Counted from the stretch's first letter, positions 24,254 to 35,215 are shown. The stretch: 64,000 bases of DNA from Arenicellales bacterium (GCA_041550555.1 JBFEOO010000009.1:2162-66161); one strand, 5' to 3'. The notes: generated by a model not told the origin, from the letters alone. A program made the numbers and translations.

Positions 24254-24763
24254 TCAGTGCGATCGGCGGCGCGAATCGGGCGCCGCAGCGGTTTCGCTCA
24301 ATGACCTGTCGGCAGGGTGCATCTCAAGCTCGGTGCCCGAAAGGCGGTCGTGCCAGGCTAGCCGATCGTGGCGCGTCAGCACCGTCAAAAAACCTAGACC
24401 GAGACAGGCCCAGGAAAACAGCGCCGCTGCAAAACGGCGGCCTGCCCGCGCCCAGTCGACGGTTTCTCCTCGTGACGCGACGAGTCTGATGCGCCACGCG
24501 CGCATGCCGAGCGTCTGCCCGCCATGCGTCCAGAACCAACCGAAGAAACCGAACGCTACGACGAGCAGATAGCACTGCAGACCCAATCGGCCCGCGGTGC
24601 TGACGCGAATCGATTCGGGAACGAGGGGCAGCGGCAGCGCCGCGAAGAACCACACGGCGAGCAGCAGCAGTCCGTCGTAGAGGATGGCCCCCAAGCGGCG
24701 GAGCAGTCGCGGCCGCTCACCCCGAAAACACGCGCCTGGCCTGTTGTCGCGGGCGGGGCTCAC
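24254..24763 (-). CDS. RDD family membrane protein
   Basis: RRLGAILYD, GGQTLGMRAWRIRLV and WHDRLSGT; usual position convergent with lptG. Confidence 0.92.
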   Translation of the reverse strand: MSPARDNRPGACFRGERPRLLRRLGAILYDGLLLLAVWFFAALPLPLVPESIRVSTAGRLGLQCYLLVVAFGFFGWFWTHGGQTLGMRAWRIRLVASRGETVDWARAGRRFAAALFSWACLGLGFLTVLTRHDRLAWHDRLSGTELEMHPADRSLSETAAAPDSRRRSH

Positions 24764-24829
24764 GCCAGGCTGCGCCGCGCTCCGGGTCGAGGCACGGCAG
24801 GCGCTGCCGCGAGCCGACTGCGGTGCCAG

Positions 24830-25024
24830 TTGTGCACAATGGCCAAAAGTACTTTGCTGTCAAACGAGTACGGCTCAGGTCGTCCGCGTTTTTCGAGACT
24901 GTGCGCATAATTCATTGAATAGACGTAAGAAGTTTTTTCGCTCTTCTCTTGGCCAATGAGCGCGGCGAACAACACTGCTTGCCAAATGAACGATATTGCG
25001 GCGTTATCCACAGAGTTGTCCACA
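24830..25024. promoter_or_regulatory. Cluster of DnaA boxes around an AT-rich core
   Basis: Perfect TTATCCACA at 25004-25012, TTGTCCACA at 25016-25024, palindromic TTGTGCACAA at 24830-24839 and TTATGCGCA on the minus strand at 24902-24910. Confidence 0.6.
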
Positions 25025-25044
25025 GAACTGCGGGCGCCGACGTG

Positions 25045-25884
25045 TCAGCGGGGCACCTCTCCGGCGAGGATGACGCGATGCATCAGCCTGCGGTAGCCGT
25101 GATAGTCGTTGACAGGATTGTGCTGGCTGCAGCGATTGTCCCACAGGGCGATCGTTCCGGGTGCCCAGCGCAGCCGAAAGGTGAACTCCGCTCTGACCTG
25201 GTGGCGGAACAGGTACTCGAGCAAGGATCTGCTCTCCGGTTCGGTCCAGCCCTCGAAGCGAACCGTATGGGCGACATTGACGTACAGCGCCGCGCGACCG
25301 GTTTCGGGATGATGACGCACCACCGGATGGATGGTCTCGAACGACCTCGCAGCGCCCCCGTTCGGATGGGAGTGCGTGCGGTCCGCGCCAGTCCGGTAGC
25401 CGTCGGCGTTTGCGGAGCTGTTCACGGCGCACAGGTTGGCGAGGGTGCGCTGCAGCCCTGCCGAGAGGGTTTCGTACGCCAGATACTGGTTGGCCCACAA
25501 CGTGTCTCCCCCGACCGGCGGGGTTTGCTTGGCCAGCAGCATGGTGGCCATCGGGGGGCGCTCGAGATACGCCGTGTCCGAGTGCCAAAGCCCCCCGAAA
25601 TTGACGGTCTCGTGCTCGAGCTTGACCACGGGGGTGATCTCGGGGTTGTCGCTGAGCCCCTGAATCATCGGATAAATCTCGGGTGTGCCGAAATAGCGGG
25701 CGAAACGCAGCTGTTGCGTGGGAGTGATCGGCTGGTTGCGCAGGTACACCACGAGGTGCTCGAGAAAGGCCCGCCGGATCTCGGCCACCGTCTCGTCGTT
25801 GAGAGGCTCACGAAGGTCCACACCGGAGATCTCGGCGCCCAAGGCCCCGGCGACGGGCGTCACTGAGATGTGTCGGTAAGCCAA
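25045..25884 (-). CDS. TauD/TfdA family Fe(II)/2-oxoglutarate dioxygenase
   Basis: GALGAEISGVDL, WHSD (HxD), HPVVRHHPETGR and WDNRCSQH; TTG start. Confidence 0.93.
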   Translation of the reverse strand: MAYRHISVTPVAGALGAEISGVDLREPLNDETVAEIRRAFLEHLVVYLRNQPITPTQQLRFARYFGTPEIYPMIQGLSDNPEITPVVKLEHETVNFGGLWHSDTAYLERPPMATMLLAKQTPPVGGDTLWANQYLAYETLSAGLQRTLANLCAVNSSANADGYRTGADRTHSHPNGGAARSFETIHPVVRHHPETGRAALYVNVAHTVRFEGWTEPESRSLLEYLFRHQVRAEFTFRLRWAPGTIALWDNRCSQHNPVNDYHGYRRLMHRVILAGEVPR

Positions 25885-26135
25885 TCCTGCTCCTCTCGCC
25901 GGTAGCGCGGCGCATCGCGCGCCCGTGGGCCGTTGCGCGCCGACCGTCGACCGACGGCACGGCCGCCGCCGCCCGCGCCGCTGCTACGGACGTTCGGACG
26001 AGCCGCCTTCTGCGCCGGCGGGCGCCATTTTCGCAAAGCTCTCGCTGGCAATCCACGAGCAGGGCGTCGCGGCGGCAGAGACGCTCGCAGCCGGGGGCAC
26101 GGATCGTTTATGCTCGTCACGGGGATCCGGATGCG

Positions 26136-27059
26136 ATGCGCGCGACCGCCCGACTTCCAAAGTGGCCCACGCTTGAGCTCGAGCGATCCGTCGACGGCAT
26201 CGCGTGTGGCGTCGACGAGGCGGGCTACGCACCGATCGCCGGACCGTTGGTGGCCGCCGCCGTGGTGCTGCCCACCGGCCCCAAGCCGCGCTGCCTGCAA
26301 GGATTGACCGACTCGAAGCTGTTGTCCCCGGCAGCGCGGGCCAGGTACTTCGACGTCATTCGAGAGGTTGGCGAGGTCGGCGTCGGGATCGCGAGCGTTA
26401 GCGAGATCGACGCGCTCAACGTTCTGCGCGCAGATATGTGCGCCATGCGCCGCGCGGTGGAGGCACTGGGCGTGGCGCCCGATAGCGCGCTCGTGGACGG
26501 TCGCGCGGCCCCAGCCCTGGCATGCTCCGTGCTCACCGTCGTCAAGGGCGATCGGCGCTGCCTCTCGATTGCGGCAGCCTCTGTCGTCGCCAAGGTTGTC
26601 CGTGACCGTCTGATGAAAGAGCTGGCGGCCGATTTTCCCGGCTACGGTTGGGACGCGAACGTCGGTTACGGCACCGACCGTCACTATCTCGGTCTGCTGC
26701 GCAAAGGTCCCACTCGGCACCACAGGCGGAGCTTCGCCCCTCTGACGACGCTGTTCGGTCGAGATCGCGAAGCGCTCGCCGGGCTGCGATTCGGCTGCCT
26801 CGAACGCGCCAGCGACCTCTCGCGACCGCGGCTGGTGCAGCTGCGACGGGATCTGTTCGCCGTCTTCGAGGGCGGTCGTCAGCACATCGGCGTGTTGAAG
26901 CGGCTGGGCGGGCGCTGGGGATTCCAGGCCGTGGGCTACGACGGGTCGGGCGAGCCCGTCTGCGGCGGCGGCCCTTGCGCCGCATGGCACGGTGCGCCCG
27001 TCTGCGCACCGGAGCACAGCGCGCTCGTTCGCCTGTTCTCGGCGCCCCCCCTCGCCTGA
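26136..27059 (+). CDS. Atypical ribonuclease HII-family protein with a C-terminal extension
   Basis: GVDEAGYAP.AGP (normally DEAGRGP), DSKLL, LVDG, VKGD, SIAAASVVAKVVRD, GYGT and HRRSF, followed by about 95 extra residues. Confidence 0.85.
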   Translation: MRATARLPKWPTLELERSVDGIACGVDEAGYAPIAGPLVAAAVVLPTGPKPRCLQGLTDSKLLSPAARARYFDVIREVGEVGVGIASVSEIDALNVLRADMCAMRRAVEALGVAPDSALVDGRAAPALACSVLTVVKGDRRCLSIAAASVVAKVVRDRLMKELAADFPGYGWDANVGYGTDRHYLGLLRKGPTRHHRRSFAPLTTLFGRDREALAGLRFGCLERASDLSRPRLVQLRRDLFAVFEGGRQHIGVLKRLGGRWGFQAVGYDGSGEPVCGGGPCAAWHGAPVCAPEHSALVRLFSAPPLA

Positions 27060-27281
27060 CGGTCGCGCACTGCGTCTTTACCGCCGGCCGGGGCGGGACA
27101 CGATAGGCGCGTGGCGGCGGGGCCGCCTCGCAGTCGGCGGTGTGGCACGCAGCGCCCGGCTTCCGCAGCCGGCGGACGGGAACCGATGCCGCGTCGGCGG
27201 CGAGCGCGAGAGATAGTCTACGGGGTGCGCCCTGCTGCGGTCACGGGGTGGGGGTGGGGAACGCAGTGATTCGATTCGTCT

Positions 27282-29495
27282 TTACCCGGGCTGTCCGCGT
27301 TCCGCGCGCACGGCGCTCAAGATCGCGTCGACCCGCGGTTCGTCCGACCACCGTTCGAGGTCGAGAGCGAGCTTGCGGCGCCAGTTGGGGTAAGCATCAG
27401 TGGTTCCCGGCAGATTGACCTGCTCGCGCTGCCCGAGCAAGTCTTCGAGCTGGACCATGAGCAAGCGGGCCGGGCTGCGGGCGAGAAAGCGATGGATCGC
27501 GGATGCGAGAGCCGGCGTCATCTCCAAAGAAGCGGTCGCATCGGCCCCCAGGGCCGCGGGCAGGAGCCCCTCGTGCGCCAATGCCGAAAGCAGGCGAGCG
27601 CGGTCTTCGGCGCGACCCGCCAGCTGGGCCTCACAGCTCGACGGCGCCGGGAACAGTCCGAGCTGTCTGCGTACCTCGATATCCACGCCGGCCCAATAGC
27701 CCGCCAGCGTCGGCAGGTCGTGCGTGCTCGCGCAGACCACGGCGCGGGCGGGATAGGCGTCGGGCGGCAAGAACGAGCCGTCGGCGGCTTTGCTGAAGTA
27801 CAGCAGTCTATAGGAGAGCACATCGAAGGATGCGAGCCCCTCGCGGACCTCGTCCGGCACGGTGCCCAGGTCCTCGCCTACGACGAGGCAACGGTTGCGG
27901 ACGCTCTCCAGCGCGAGGACTCGGAGCAGGTCGGTCAGGGGGTAGCGGACGTAGGTGCCGTCGGCGGGCCCGGCGCCTTCGGGGATCCAGAACTGGCGGG
28001 CAAGCCCCATGATGTGGTCGATTCGCAATGCCCCCGCGGCGCGCATGTTGGTCCGCAACGTGCGCACGAGCGGCGCGTAGCCCGCCTCGCGCAGGCGGCC
28101 TGGGTGCCAGGGCGGAAGTCCCCAGTTCTGACCCTCGAGGTTGAAGTCGTCTGGCGGTGCGCCAACCCGTACCGCGAGGGCGAAAGCGTCGTGCTCCGCC
28201 CAGGTCTCGGCGCCACCGCTATCGACGCCCACCGCCAGGTCCTGATAAAGGCCGACAGCCAGACCGAGCTCCGCCGCGCGTTGGCCGACCCGATCGAGCT
28301 GGGTGCGGGCTTGCCATTGGGCGTACTCGCGCGCCTCGATCTCCTCAGGGTGCTGCTGCGCGAACGCGGCTACCGCCTCACCGTCCGGGTGCCGGTAGGC
28401 CAGCGGCCACACTGGCCAACCCCAGAGATCCGGATTGCGCGCGTGAAGATGGGCCTGCAGAGCCTCGTAGAGCGCGTGGCGGCGGAGCGCCGGACCTTCT
28501 TGGATCTGAAAGTCCCGAAATTTGCGCGCGCGGTCATCGCCGCCGGCAACGTGCTTGGCGCGGAAGTGGCTATAGAGCAACGCGAGCACCTCGGATTTCG
28601 CGGCTGCCACGTCGCCGTAGCGCAGCTGTTCGCTCGCCCGCAGCCCCTGCAGCCGGGTCTGGAACGCGTCGGTCGCCACCAGCCGGCGCGCTGCGCCGCA
28701 CTCGGCGAACTCCGGGATGGCTTCTATGTCGAGGTGCAGCGTATTGAGGAAAAGCCGACTGGAGGGGCTGTACGGGCTGGCATGGTCAGGGTTGTGCGGG
28801 AACAGCGCGTGCAGCGGGCTCACCCCGACCACGCCGGCGCCCGCTTGGGCGGCGAACTCGACCAGCCGGCGCAGGTCGGTGAAATCGCCGATGCCCCAGT
28901 TGCGCGTCGAGCGCACGGCGTAGAGCTGGGCGGAAAGACCCCAAACCCGCTGCGCGTGCGCGAGCGACGCTGGGCGGTAGCAGCGCTCCGGCGCCACCAC
29001 GAGCGTCGTCTGTGCCTGCCAGGGCGCGCCGGAGCTCAGTCGTGTCTCCAGGACGACCCGGTGATAGCCGAGCCCTACGTCGAGGGGAATACGGATGGGC
29101 GTCGCCAGCCAGTCGGTCCCTTCGACGGTGCGCCGCTCGTCGGCAGCAAACGTCGTCGTTGGCAGCTCTCCCTCTTGGATCGCCCCGTTCTCGGCCTCGA
29201 CACGCCAGCGCATCGGCGCGCTCGTCCCGCTGGCGGGGACGGTGAGCCGCAGCGCGAGTTCGGTCGAGCCTTCGGCGAGCACGCATACCGGCGGCAGCCC
29301 ACGCTGCCAGGCAAGGTTCTCGCGGACGCCGAGTGCCGCGGCCGCTGAGGCATCGTCGTCGACGGCGAAGCCGAGCGCCGCCAGCACGGCCAAGCGGGTT
29401 TCCATCGGCGCATGCCGTTCGCCCCCCCAGATGTCGTAGTAGCGGGCGGCGATACCGAGCGCTTCACAGAGCTGCTCGAGGGCGCCGTTGCTCAT
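27282..29495 (-). CDS. malQ: 4-alpha-glucanotransferase (amylomaltase, GH77, long form)
   Basis: SPYSPSSR, YQDLAVG, GQNWGLPP, LRIDHIMG, GEDLG, STHDLPT and NWRRKL. Start moved to ATG 29495. Confidence 0.97.
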   Translation of the reverse strand: MSNGALEQLCEALGIAARYYDIWGGERHAPMETRLAVLAALGFAVDDDASAAAALGVRENLAWQRGLPPVCVLAEGSTELALRLTVPASGTSAPMRWRVEAENGAIQEGELPTTTFAADERRTVEGTDWLATPIRIPLDVGLGYHRVVLETRLSSGAPWQAQTTLVVAPERCYRPASLAHAQRVWGLSAQLYAVRSTRNWGIGDFTDLRRLVEFAAQAGAGVVGVSPLHALFPHNPDHASPYSPSSRLFLNTLHLDIEAIPEFAECGAARRLVATDAFQTRLQGLRASEQLRYGDVAAAKSEVLALLYSHFRAKHVAGGDDRARKFRDFQIQEGPALRRHALYEALQAHLHARNPDLWGWPVWPLAYRHPDGEAVAAFAQQHPEEIEAREYAQWQARTQLDRVGQRAAELGLAVGLYQDLAVGVDSGGAETWAEHDAFALAVRVGAPPDDFNLEGQNWGLPPWHPGRLREAGYAPLVRTLRTNMRAAGALRIDHIMGLARQFWIPEGAGPADGTYVRYPLTDLLRVLALESVRNRCLVVGEDLGTVPDEVREGLASFDVLSYRLLYFSKAADGSFLPPDAYPARAVVCASTHDLPTLAGYWAGVDIEVRRQLGLFPAPSSCEAQLAGRAEDRARLLSALAHEGLLPAALGADATASLEMTPALASAIHRFLARSPARLLMVQLEDLLGQREQVNLPGTTDAYPNWRRKLALDLERWSDEPRVDAILSAVRAERGQPG

Positions 29496-29775
29496 GGTCT
29501 GCCCGGGGCACGCCCAGCCCGCCACACGCCGGCGCCTGGCTGGGCGACGTGGCCGAGCGGCAGCCGACAAGCCGGGCGCCGCGGGATCCGTTGCGCAGGG
29601 GCCGGTAACCCGCTGCCCTGGTGGCAGCCGCCGTCGCTGTGCTCGGGCGGTGCCGCAGCGCATCGCCCACCACCCTCCGGGAGCCGTTTTTTGCGGCAGG
29701 CGGCGGCGGGCCACCGGCGGCCTGGAACGCCTGCGGCTGCGTGCAGCAGAGCAGCGAGCATCGCCCGGCGGTGCG

Positions 29776-31905
29776 TCACTTCGGCACGGCCCGCCGCTGC
29801 GTCAGCACGGACAGTGAGCGGCCGGCAAGCGGATAGCGGTCCCGGTAGTGAGCACGCGCCGCCGTGTCGCTCACCGTGTCGAGCACCAGCTCCCAGCCGC
29901 GGCTGTGCCATGCCTTGGGCAGCACGAAGTCAATGCTGTCGTGATGGGCGTTGAGCAGAACGAGAAAGTCGTCGTCGACGATGCGGCGGCCCCGCGCGTC
30001 GCGCTCCACGATGGCGTTCCCGGCGAGCTGCATACCAAGACAGCGGGCGTGACCGAGCTTCCACATGGCGTCGCTCATCTCACCGCCGTCGGGTGTCAGC
30101 CACGCGATGTCCTTGACGCCCTCGCCGCGGATGTCTCGTCCTTGAAGAAATCCCCGGCGGCGAAAGACAGGATGGCGAGAAAGGCGAATCGCGCGGCTGG
30201 TAAACGACATCAGCGCGCGCTGGGCTGTATCGAGGTTCCAGTCGAGCCACGACACCGGATTGTCCTGACAGTAGGCGTTGTTGTTCCCGTGTTGGGTGCG
30301 CCCGAGCTCGTCGCCGGCGAGCAGCATGGGGACCCCCTGGGAAAGCAACATCGTGGCCAGCAGATTGCGCTTCTGGCGCTCGCGCAGCTGCGCGACGGCG
30401 GCGTCGTCGCTCGGACCCTCGACACCGCAATTCCAGCTGCGGTTGTGGTTCTCGCCGTCGCGGTTGTTCTCGAGGTTTGCCTCGTTGTGTTTCTCGTTGT
30501 AGGAAACCAGATCGTGGAGTGTGAAGCCGTCGTGGCAGGTGACGAAGTTCACGCTCGCCCGGGGATTGCGGCCGTCGGCGCCGTAGAGATCGCTCGATCC
30601 GGTGAGCCGGTAGCCGAGCTCGTCGAGAAGCCCGCCTTCACCGCGCCAGTAATCCCGCACGGTGTCGCGGTAGCGGCCGTTCCATTCCGTCCATCCCACC
30701 GGAAAATTGCCCACCTGGTAGCCGCCCTCGCCGAGATCCCAAGGCTCGGCGATCAGCTTGACCCCGGCGAGGACTGGATCCTGGTGGATGATGTCGAAGA
30801 ACGCGCCGAGGCGGTCGACGTCGTGCAGCTCCCGTGCCAGTGCGGAGGCCAGGTCGAAGCGAAAACCGTCGACGTGCATCTCCACTACCCAGTAGCGGAG
30901 GCTGTCCATGATGAGCTGCAGCACCCGGGGGTGCATCATGTTCAGGGTGTTGCCGCAGCCGGTGTAGTCGCGATATAGGCGCCGCTCACCGGGCTCGAGA
31001 CGGTAATAGGCGACGTTGTCGATGCCCCGAAAACAAAGAGTCGGGCCGAGGTGGTTGCCTTCCCCGGTGTGGTTGTAGACGACGTCGAGTATCACCTCGA
31101 GACCTGCCGAGTGCAGGGTCTTTACCATCGTTCGGAACTCGTGCTCGGGGTGGTCGGTCGCTGCGTAACGACGGTCGGGGGCGAAAAAACCGATCGAGTT
31201 GTATCCCCAGTAGTTGCGCAGTCCCCTGGTAATCAGATGCCGATCGTCCACGAAGGCGTGCACCGGCAAGAGCTCTACCGCGGTGATGCCCAGCGCGAGC
31301 AGGTGCTCGAGCACCGGTTCGGTCGCCAGCGCCGCATACGTTCCGCGCAGGGGCGCGGGGACGCCCGGATGCTGCATCGTGTAGCCCCGGACGTGAAGCT
31401 CATAGATCACCGTCTCGTGCCACGGAATGCTCGGTGGCCTATCGTCGCCCCACGTGAATGCGGGGTCTATCACGCGGCACTTGGGCATACCGGGAGCGCT
31501 GTTGCGCCGATCAATGGACAGATCCCCGCTCGGGTGGTCGACGCGGTAGCCGAAGTGGGCGTCGCTCCAGCTCAGCTCTCCGGCGATGGCCTTCGCATAG
31601 GGGTCGAGCAGCAGCTTGTTGGCGTTGAAGCGGTGACCCGCCTCGGGCTGGTAAGGACCGTGGACGCGATAACCGTAGAGTTGACCGGGCCGCACCTCGG
31701 GAAGGTAGCCGTGCCAGACGAAGTCGGTTCGCTCGGGCAGCGGCACGCGTTCGAGCTCGCGGCGGCCCTTGGCGTCGAACAGACAAAGCTCGACGCCCTC
31801 GGCGTGCTGAGAGAAGAGGGCGAAATTCACGCCCTCGCCGTCCCACGTCGCCCCGAGCGGGTACGGCGCGCCCGGCCAGACGGCGGAGGAAGCGCGGCGC
31901 GTCAT
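29776..31905 (-). CDS. glgX: Glycogen debranching enzyme GlgX (GH13)
   Basis: [41 protein letters not shown] and [11 protein letters not shown]. Confidence 0.98.
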   Translation of the reverse strand: MTRRASSAVWPGAPYPLGATWDGEGVNFALFSQHAEGVELCLFDAKGRRELERVPLPERTDFVWHGYLPEVRPGQLYGYRVHGPYQPEAGHRFNANKLLLDPYAKAIAGELSWSDAHFGYRVDHPSGDLSIDRRNSAPGMPKCRVIDPAFTWGDDRPPSIPWHETVIYELHVRGYTMQHPGVPAPLRGTYAALATEPVLEHLLALGITAVELLPVHAFVDDRHLITRGLRNYWGYNSIGFFAPDRRYAATDHPEHEFRTMVKTLHSAGLEVILDVVYNHTGEGNHLGPTLCFRGIDNVAYYRLEPGERRLYRDYTGCGNTLNMMHPRVLQLIMDSLRYWVVEMHVDGFRFDLASALARELHDVDRLGAFFDIIHQDPVLAGVKLIAEPWDLGEGGYQVGNFPVGWTEWNGRYRDTVRDYWRGEGGLLDELGYRLTGSSDLYGADGRNPRASVNFVTCHDGFTLHDLVSYNEKHNEANLENNRDGENHNRSWNCGVEGPSDDAAVAQLRERQKRNLLATMLLSQGVPMLLAGDELGRTQHGNNNAYCQDNPVSWLDWNLDTAQRALMSFTSRAIRLSRHPVFRRRGFLQGRDIRGEGVKDIAWLTPDGGEMSDAMWKLGHARCLGMQLAGNAIVERDARGRRIVDDDFLVLLNAHHDSIDFVLPKAWHSRGWELVLDTVSDTAARAHYRDRYPLAGRSLSVLTQRRAVPK

Positions 31906-32113
31906 CGGAGTGCGGGGCCCGGCCCGGCACGGGGGGGCCTTGCCGGGGGGCGCGTCGCAGGGCTCGGACGGGTTGCGACGGCACGAGGCATCCGTCCCGC
32001 GGCCGAGCGCAACGACGACACGCGCGCAATCGCACGACGGAGACCTCCGACAGCACGGCGGATCTCCTCGATCAATGCGCGATAACGCGGGTCCGGCAGC
32101 ACAAGCGCGCCGC

Positions 32114-34063
32114 TCAGCGGTGCTCTCCCGCCTCCGGAGCGAAGTACAGCGCCCCGAGTGGCGGAAGCGTCAGCGTCAGGGAATATGGCTGGCCCTGCAC
32201 GCCGGTCGGCGCCGCACTGACGCCCCCGAAATTGCCCTGACCGCTGCCTCCGTAAAGGGTCGCGTCACTGTTCAGCAGCTCACGCCAGCGGCCGCCGCGC
32301 GGTGCGCCCACGCGATAGTCAGCACGGGGGACCGGTGTCATGTTGCAGACGAACAGGATCACGTCGTCGCTGTGCACGCCGTATCTGAGAAAGCTGAGGA
32401 CACTCGCTTCGACGTCGTGAAAATCGATCCATTCGAAACCATCGGGATCGAAGTCGCGCTCCCAGAGCGCAGGCGCGTGTCGATAGGCGCGGTTGAGGTC
32501 TTGCATCCAGCGCCGGATGCCGGCGTGCGCGGGTTGCGCGAGCAGGTGCCAGTCCAGGCTCATGTCATGGTTCCACTCTCTCCACTGAGCGAACTCGCTG
32601 CCCATGAAGGTCAGCTTCTTGCCCGGGTGAGCGTACATCAAGCCGAGCAGCAGCCGAAGATTGGCCAGGCGGCGCCAGTCGTCGCCGGGCATCTTTGCCG
32701 GCAGCGAGCCCTTGCCATAGACCACTTCGTCGTGCGACAGACTGAGCACGAAATTTTCGCTGAAGGCATACCACAGGCCGAACGTCAGGCGGTCGTGGTG
32801 GTACTTGCGGTGCACGGGATCCTCGGAAAAGTAGCTCAACGTATCGTGCATCCAGCCCATGTTCCACTTCATTCCAAAGCCGAGTCCGCCGAGGTAGGTC
32901 GGTCGCGACACCATGGGCCACGCGGTGGACTCCTCGGCGATGGTCTGTGCGTCCGGGTGCGCGGCGTAGATCGCTTCGTTCAGCTCGCGAAGCAAACGCA
33001 CCGCGGCGAGATTCTCGTTTCCACCGTGCTCGTTTGGAACCCACTCCCCCTCGCGCCGGCCGTAGTCGAGATAAAGCATCGAGGCCACTGCGTCGACACG
33101 GATTGCATCGGCGTGATAGCGGTCCAGCCAGAAAAGTGCACTGCTGACCAGAAACGCCCTCACCTCGTGCCGGCCGTAGTTGAAAATGGCGCTGTGCCAT
33201 TCCGGATGGTAGCCCTGCCGCGGGTCCTCGTGCTCGAACAGATGGGTCCCGTCGAAGCGCGCTAGGCCGTGCGCGTCGTCCGGGAAATGGGAAGGCACCC
33301 AGTCGAGGATAACGCCGATCTCTGCCTGGTGAAGGGCGTCAACGAGATGCATGAAGTCCTGGGGCGTACCGTAGCGCGCCGACGGAGCGAAGTAGCCCGT
33401 GCACTGATAGCCCCACGAGCCGTAGAAAGGATGCTCCATCACCGGCATGAGCTCGACGTGGGTGTACCCCATGTCCGTGACGTAGTCAGTGAGTCGGGAC
33501 GCGAGCTCCTGATATGTCATCAAGCGCTCGCCATGCTCACCGCTCCGCATCCAGGAGCCGATGTGCAGTTCGTAGATCGACCACGGCGCCGACAGGGCGT
33601 TGCGCCGCCCGCGCTCGCGCATCCAATCACCATCGTGCCAGTCGTAGGCGAGATCCCAGACGCGCGAGGCGGTCCTTGGCGGTGACTCCCAAGCGAAGGC
33701 GAACGGGTCGCCCTTCTCGAGGATCTCATCGCGATGCCGCGACACGATGCGGTATTTGTAGGTCGTTCCCAGCCCCACGGCGGGAACGAATCCCTCCCAC
33801 ACGCCCGAGCCGTCGGCGCGCACGGCAAGCGGGTGGGTGTCGGGATTCCAGCCGTTGAAATCCCCGATCACCGAGACCTGCCTGGCGTTTGGAGCCCACA
33901 GCGCAAAGCGGCACCCGGGCGTGCCGTCGACCGTCTCCAGGTGCGCGCCGAGCTTGTCGTACAAACGACGATGTGTGCCTTCCCGAAACAGGTAAATGTC
34001 GTGAGCGCTCAGCCCTGCAGTACCGCCTTCGGCCGAAGGTGACGGGGCGTGTGCCTGGCGCAT
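32114..34063 (-). CDS. glgB: 1,4-alpha-glucan branching enzyme
   Basis: [34 protein letters not shown] and [10 protein letters not shown]. Start about ATG 34063. Confidence 0.97.
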   Translation of the reverse strand: MRQAHAPSPSAEGGTAGLSAHDIYLFREGTHRRLYDKLGAHLETVDGTPGCRFALWAPNARQVSVIGDFNGWNPDTHPLAVRADGSGVWEGFVPAVGLGTTYKYRIVSRHRDEILEKGDPFAFAWESPPRTASRVWDLAYDWHDGDWMRERGRRNALSAPWSIYELHIGSWMRSGEHGERLMTYQELASRLTDYVTDMGYTHVELMPVMEHPFYGSWGYQCTGYFAPSARYGTPQDFMHLVDALHQAEIGVILDWVPSHFPDDAHGLARFDGTHLFEHEDPRQGYHPEWHSAIFNYGRHEVRAFLVSSALFWLDRYHADAIRVDAVASMLYLDYGRREGEWVPNEHGGNENLAAVRLLRELNEAIYAAHPDAQTIAEESTAWPMVSRPTYLGGLGFGMKWNMGWMHDTLSYFSEDPVHRKYHHDRLTFGLWYAFSENFVLSLSHDEVVYGKGSLPAKMPGDDWRRLANLRLLLGLMYAHPGKKLTFMGSEFAQWREWNHDMSLDWHLLAQPAHAGIRRWMQDLNRAYRHAPALWERDFDPDGFEWIDFHDVEASVLSFLRYGVHSDDVILFVCNMTPVPRADYRVGAPRGGRWRELLNSDATLYGGSGQGNFGGVSAAPTGVQGQPYSLTLTLPPLGALYFAPEAGEHR

Positions 34064-34471
34064 GAACAACTCGAATCGTAGCCGATCGGGGAATGACGAG
34101 GCGACGCGTAGAGCGCGCCATCGGGCAGTGCCTCTCGAAGCCCGTACGGAGCGACTGCGGCACCCCTGAACGGCACGCTGAGCGTTGCGGGCGGGCTCTA
34201 GGCTGCTGATCATACCGGAGAGCGTCGGCGCGAGATAGCCTGCCTGCGGTCGCCGCAACCGCGCAGACGAGCGCTACGCTCCGAGCGGGCGCCGCGCGAA
34301 GAACATCGCCGCCGCGCCGGTCGCGATGCAGATGACTCCGACCACCCGCGACCGATCACGTCCGCAACCCGCGCGTAGGCGAAGAGGGATGACGTCGGCA
34401 GCTAGCTCACCGACGATCTTCGGCGTCGGCACGCGTCACCGGGCCGGTGAGACCGCAGAGGGGTCTCGGCG

Positions 34472-35215
34472 TTATGCTGTCTCGTTTCGCAAGCTTACGT
34501 AGCGCTTGAGATCCCGCGCATTGTCGACAGCGCAGCCGCCGGCGTCATTGTTGAAGTAGGCGAAGACGTCGAGGCCGTCGCCTAGCCACCCGGCGATGCG
34601 TCGCGCCTGTGCAGTCAGGAACTGGTGGCTGTAGGATCCGCCGTAGCCGTTGCCGTGAAAACGCAAGTAGACCCAATCGGCGGTGAGGGTGACGGGGTGT
34701 CTCTCGATCATGTCGTGGATACACAGCGCCGCATTGTGAGCTCGGAGCGTGTCGAAGACCTCCGCATTCAACCAGCGTGCGTCGCGGAACTCCACCGCCC
34801 AGCGGTGCGCAGCGGGCGCCGCGTCGAGAAAGGCCCGCAGTCGTTCGGCATCGGCGTGCCAGTTCGGCGGGAGCTGAACCAGGATCGGCCCGAGCAGGGA
34901 GCCGAGGTGGGATGCCCGCTCGAGAAACAGGCCGATCGTCTCCTGCGGGTCCCTCAGGCGCTTCAGGTGGCTCCCGTAGCGGCTGAACTTGAGGACATAG
35001 AGGAATCCGACCGGGGCCTGCTCCCGCCACGACTCGAAAGTGTGCATGTCGGGAAGGTGGTAGAAGGTATTGTTGATCTCTACGGTATCGAAGACCGCTG
35101 CGTAGCGGGCGAACCAGTCTTTCTTGGGCAAGCCCTCTTCGTAGAGAATTCCGCGCCAGTGGGCGTATTGGTATCCGGACGTACCGATGCGGCATTCGGG
35201 TTTTCGAGCCCTCAT
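34472..35215 (-). CDS. DUF72 (YecE-like) family protein
   Basis: IGTSGYQY..W, VEINNTFY, LVQLPP, AVEFR, VYLRFHG and AYFNND. Confidence 0.93.
   Translation of the reverse strand: MRARKPECRIGTSGYQYAHWRGILYEEGLPKKDWFARYAAVFDTVEINNTFYHLPDMHTFESWREQAPVGFLYVLKFSRYGSHLKRLRDPQETIGLFLERASHLGSLLGPILVQLPPNWHADAERLRAFLDAAPAAHRWAVEFRDARWLNAEVFDTLRAHNAALCIHDMIERHPVTLTADWVYLRFHGNGYGGSYSHQFLTAQARRIAGWLGDGLDVFAYFNNDAGGCAVDNARDLKRYVSLRNETA

Noticed and set aside
27282-29714. Long N-terminal extensions in ORF-track starts (malQ, valS, glgB, GGT, ALDH, eda, kdgK, nadX, lldD-like)
   Set aside because: The extensions are Arg/Pro/Ala-rich and non-homologous, and several overlap upstream genes. Downstream starts match family N-termini and give ATGA/GTGA coupling.
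29776-34063. Absence of glgA/glgC next to glgB-glgX-malQ as a sign of a novel glucan pathway
   Set aside because: Split glycogen loci are common and the rest of the genome is not visible.
34472-35215. DUF72 as a defence or mobile-element gene
   Set aside because: It is a solitary, widespread gene with no defence or mobility neighbours in this window.
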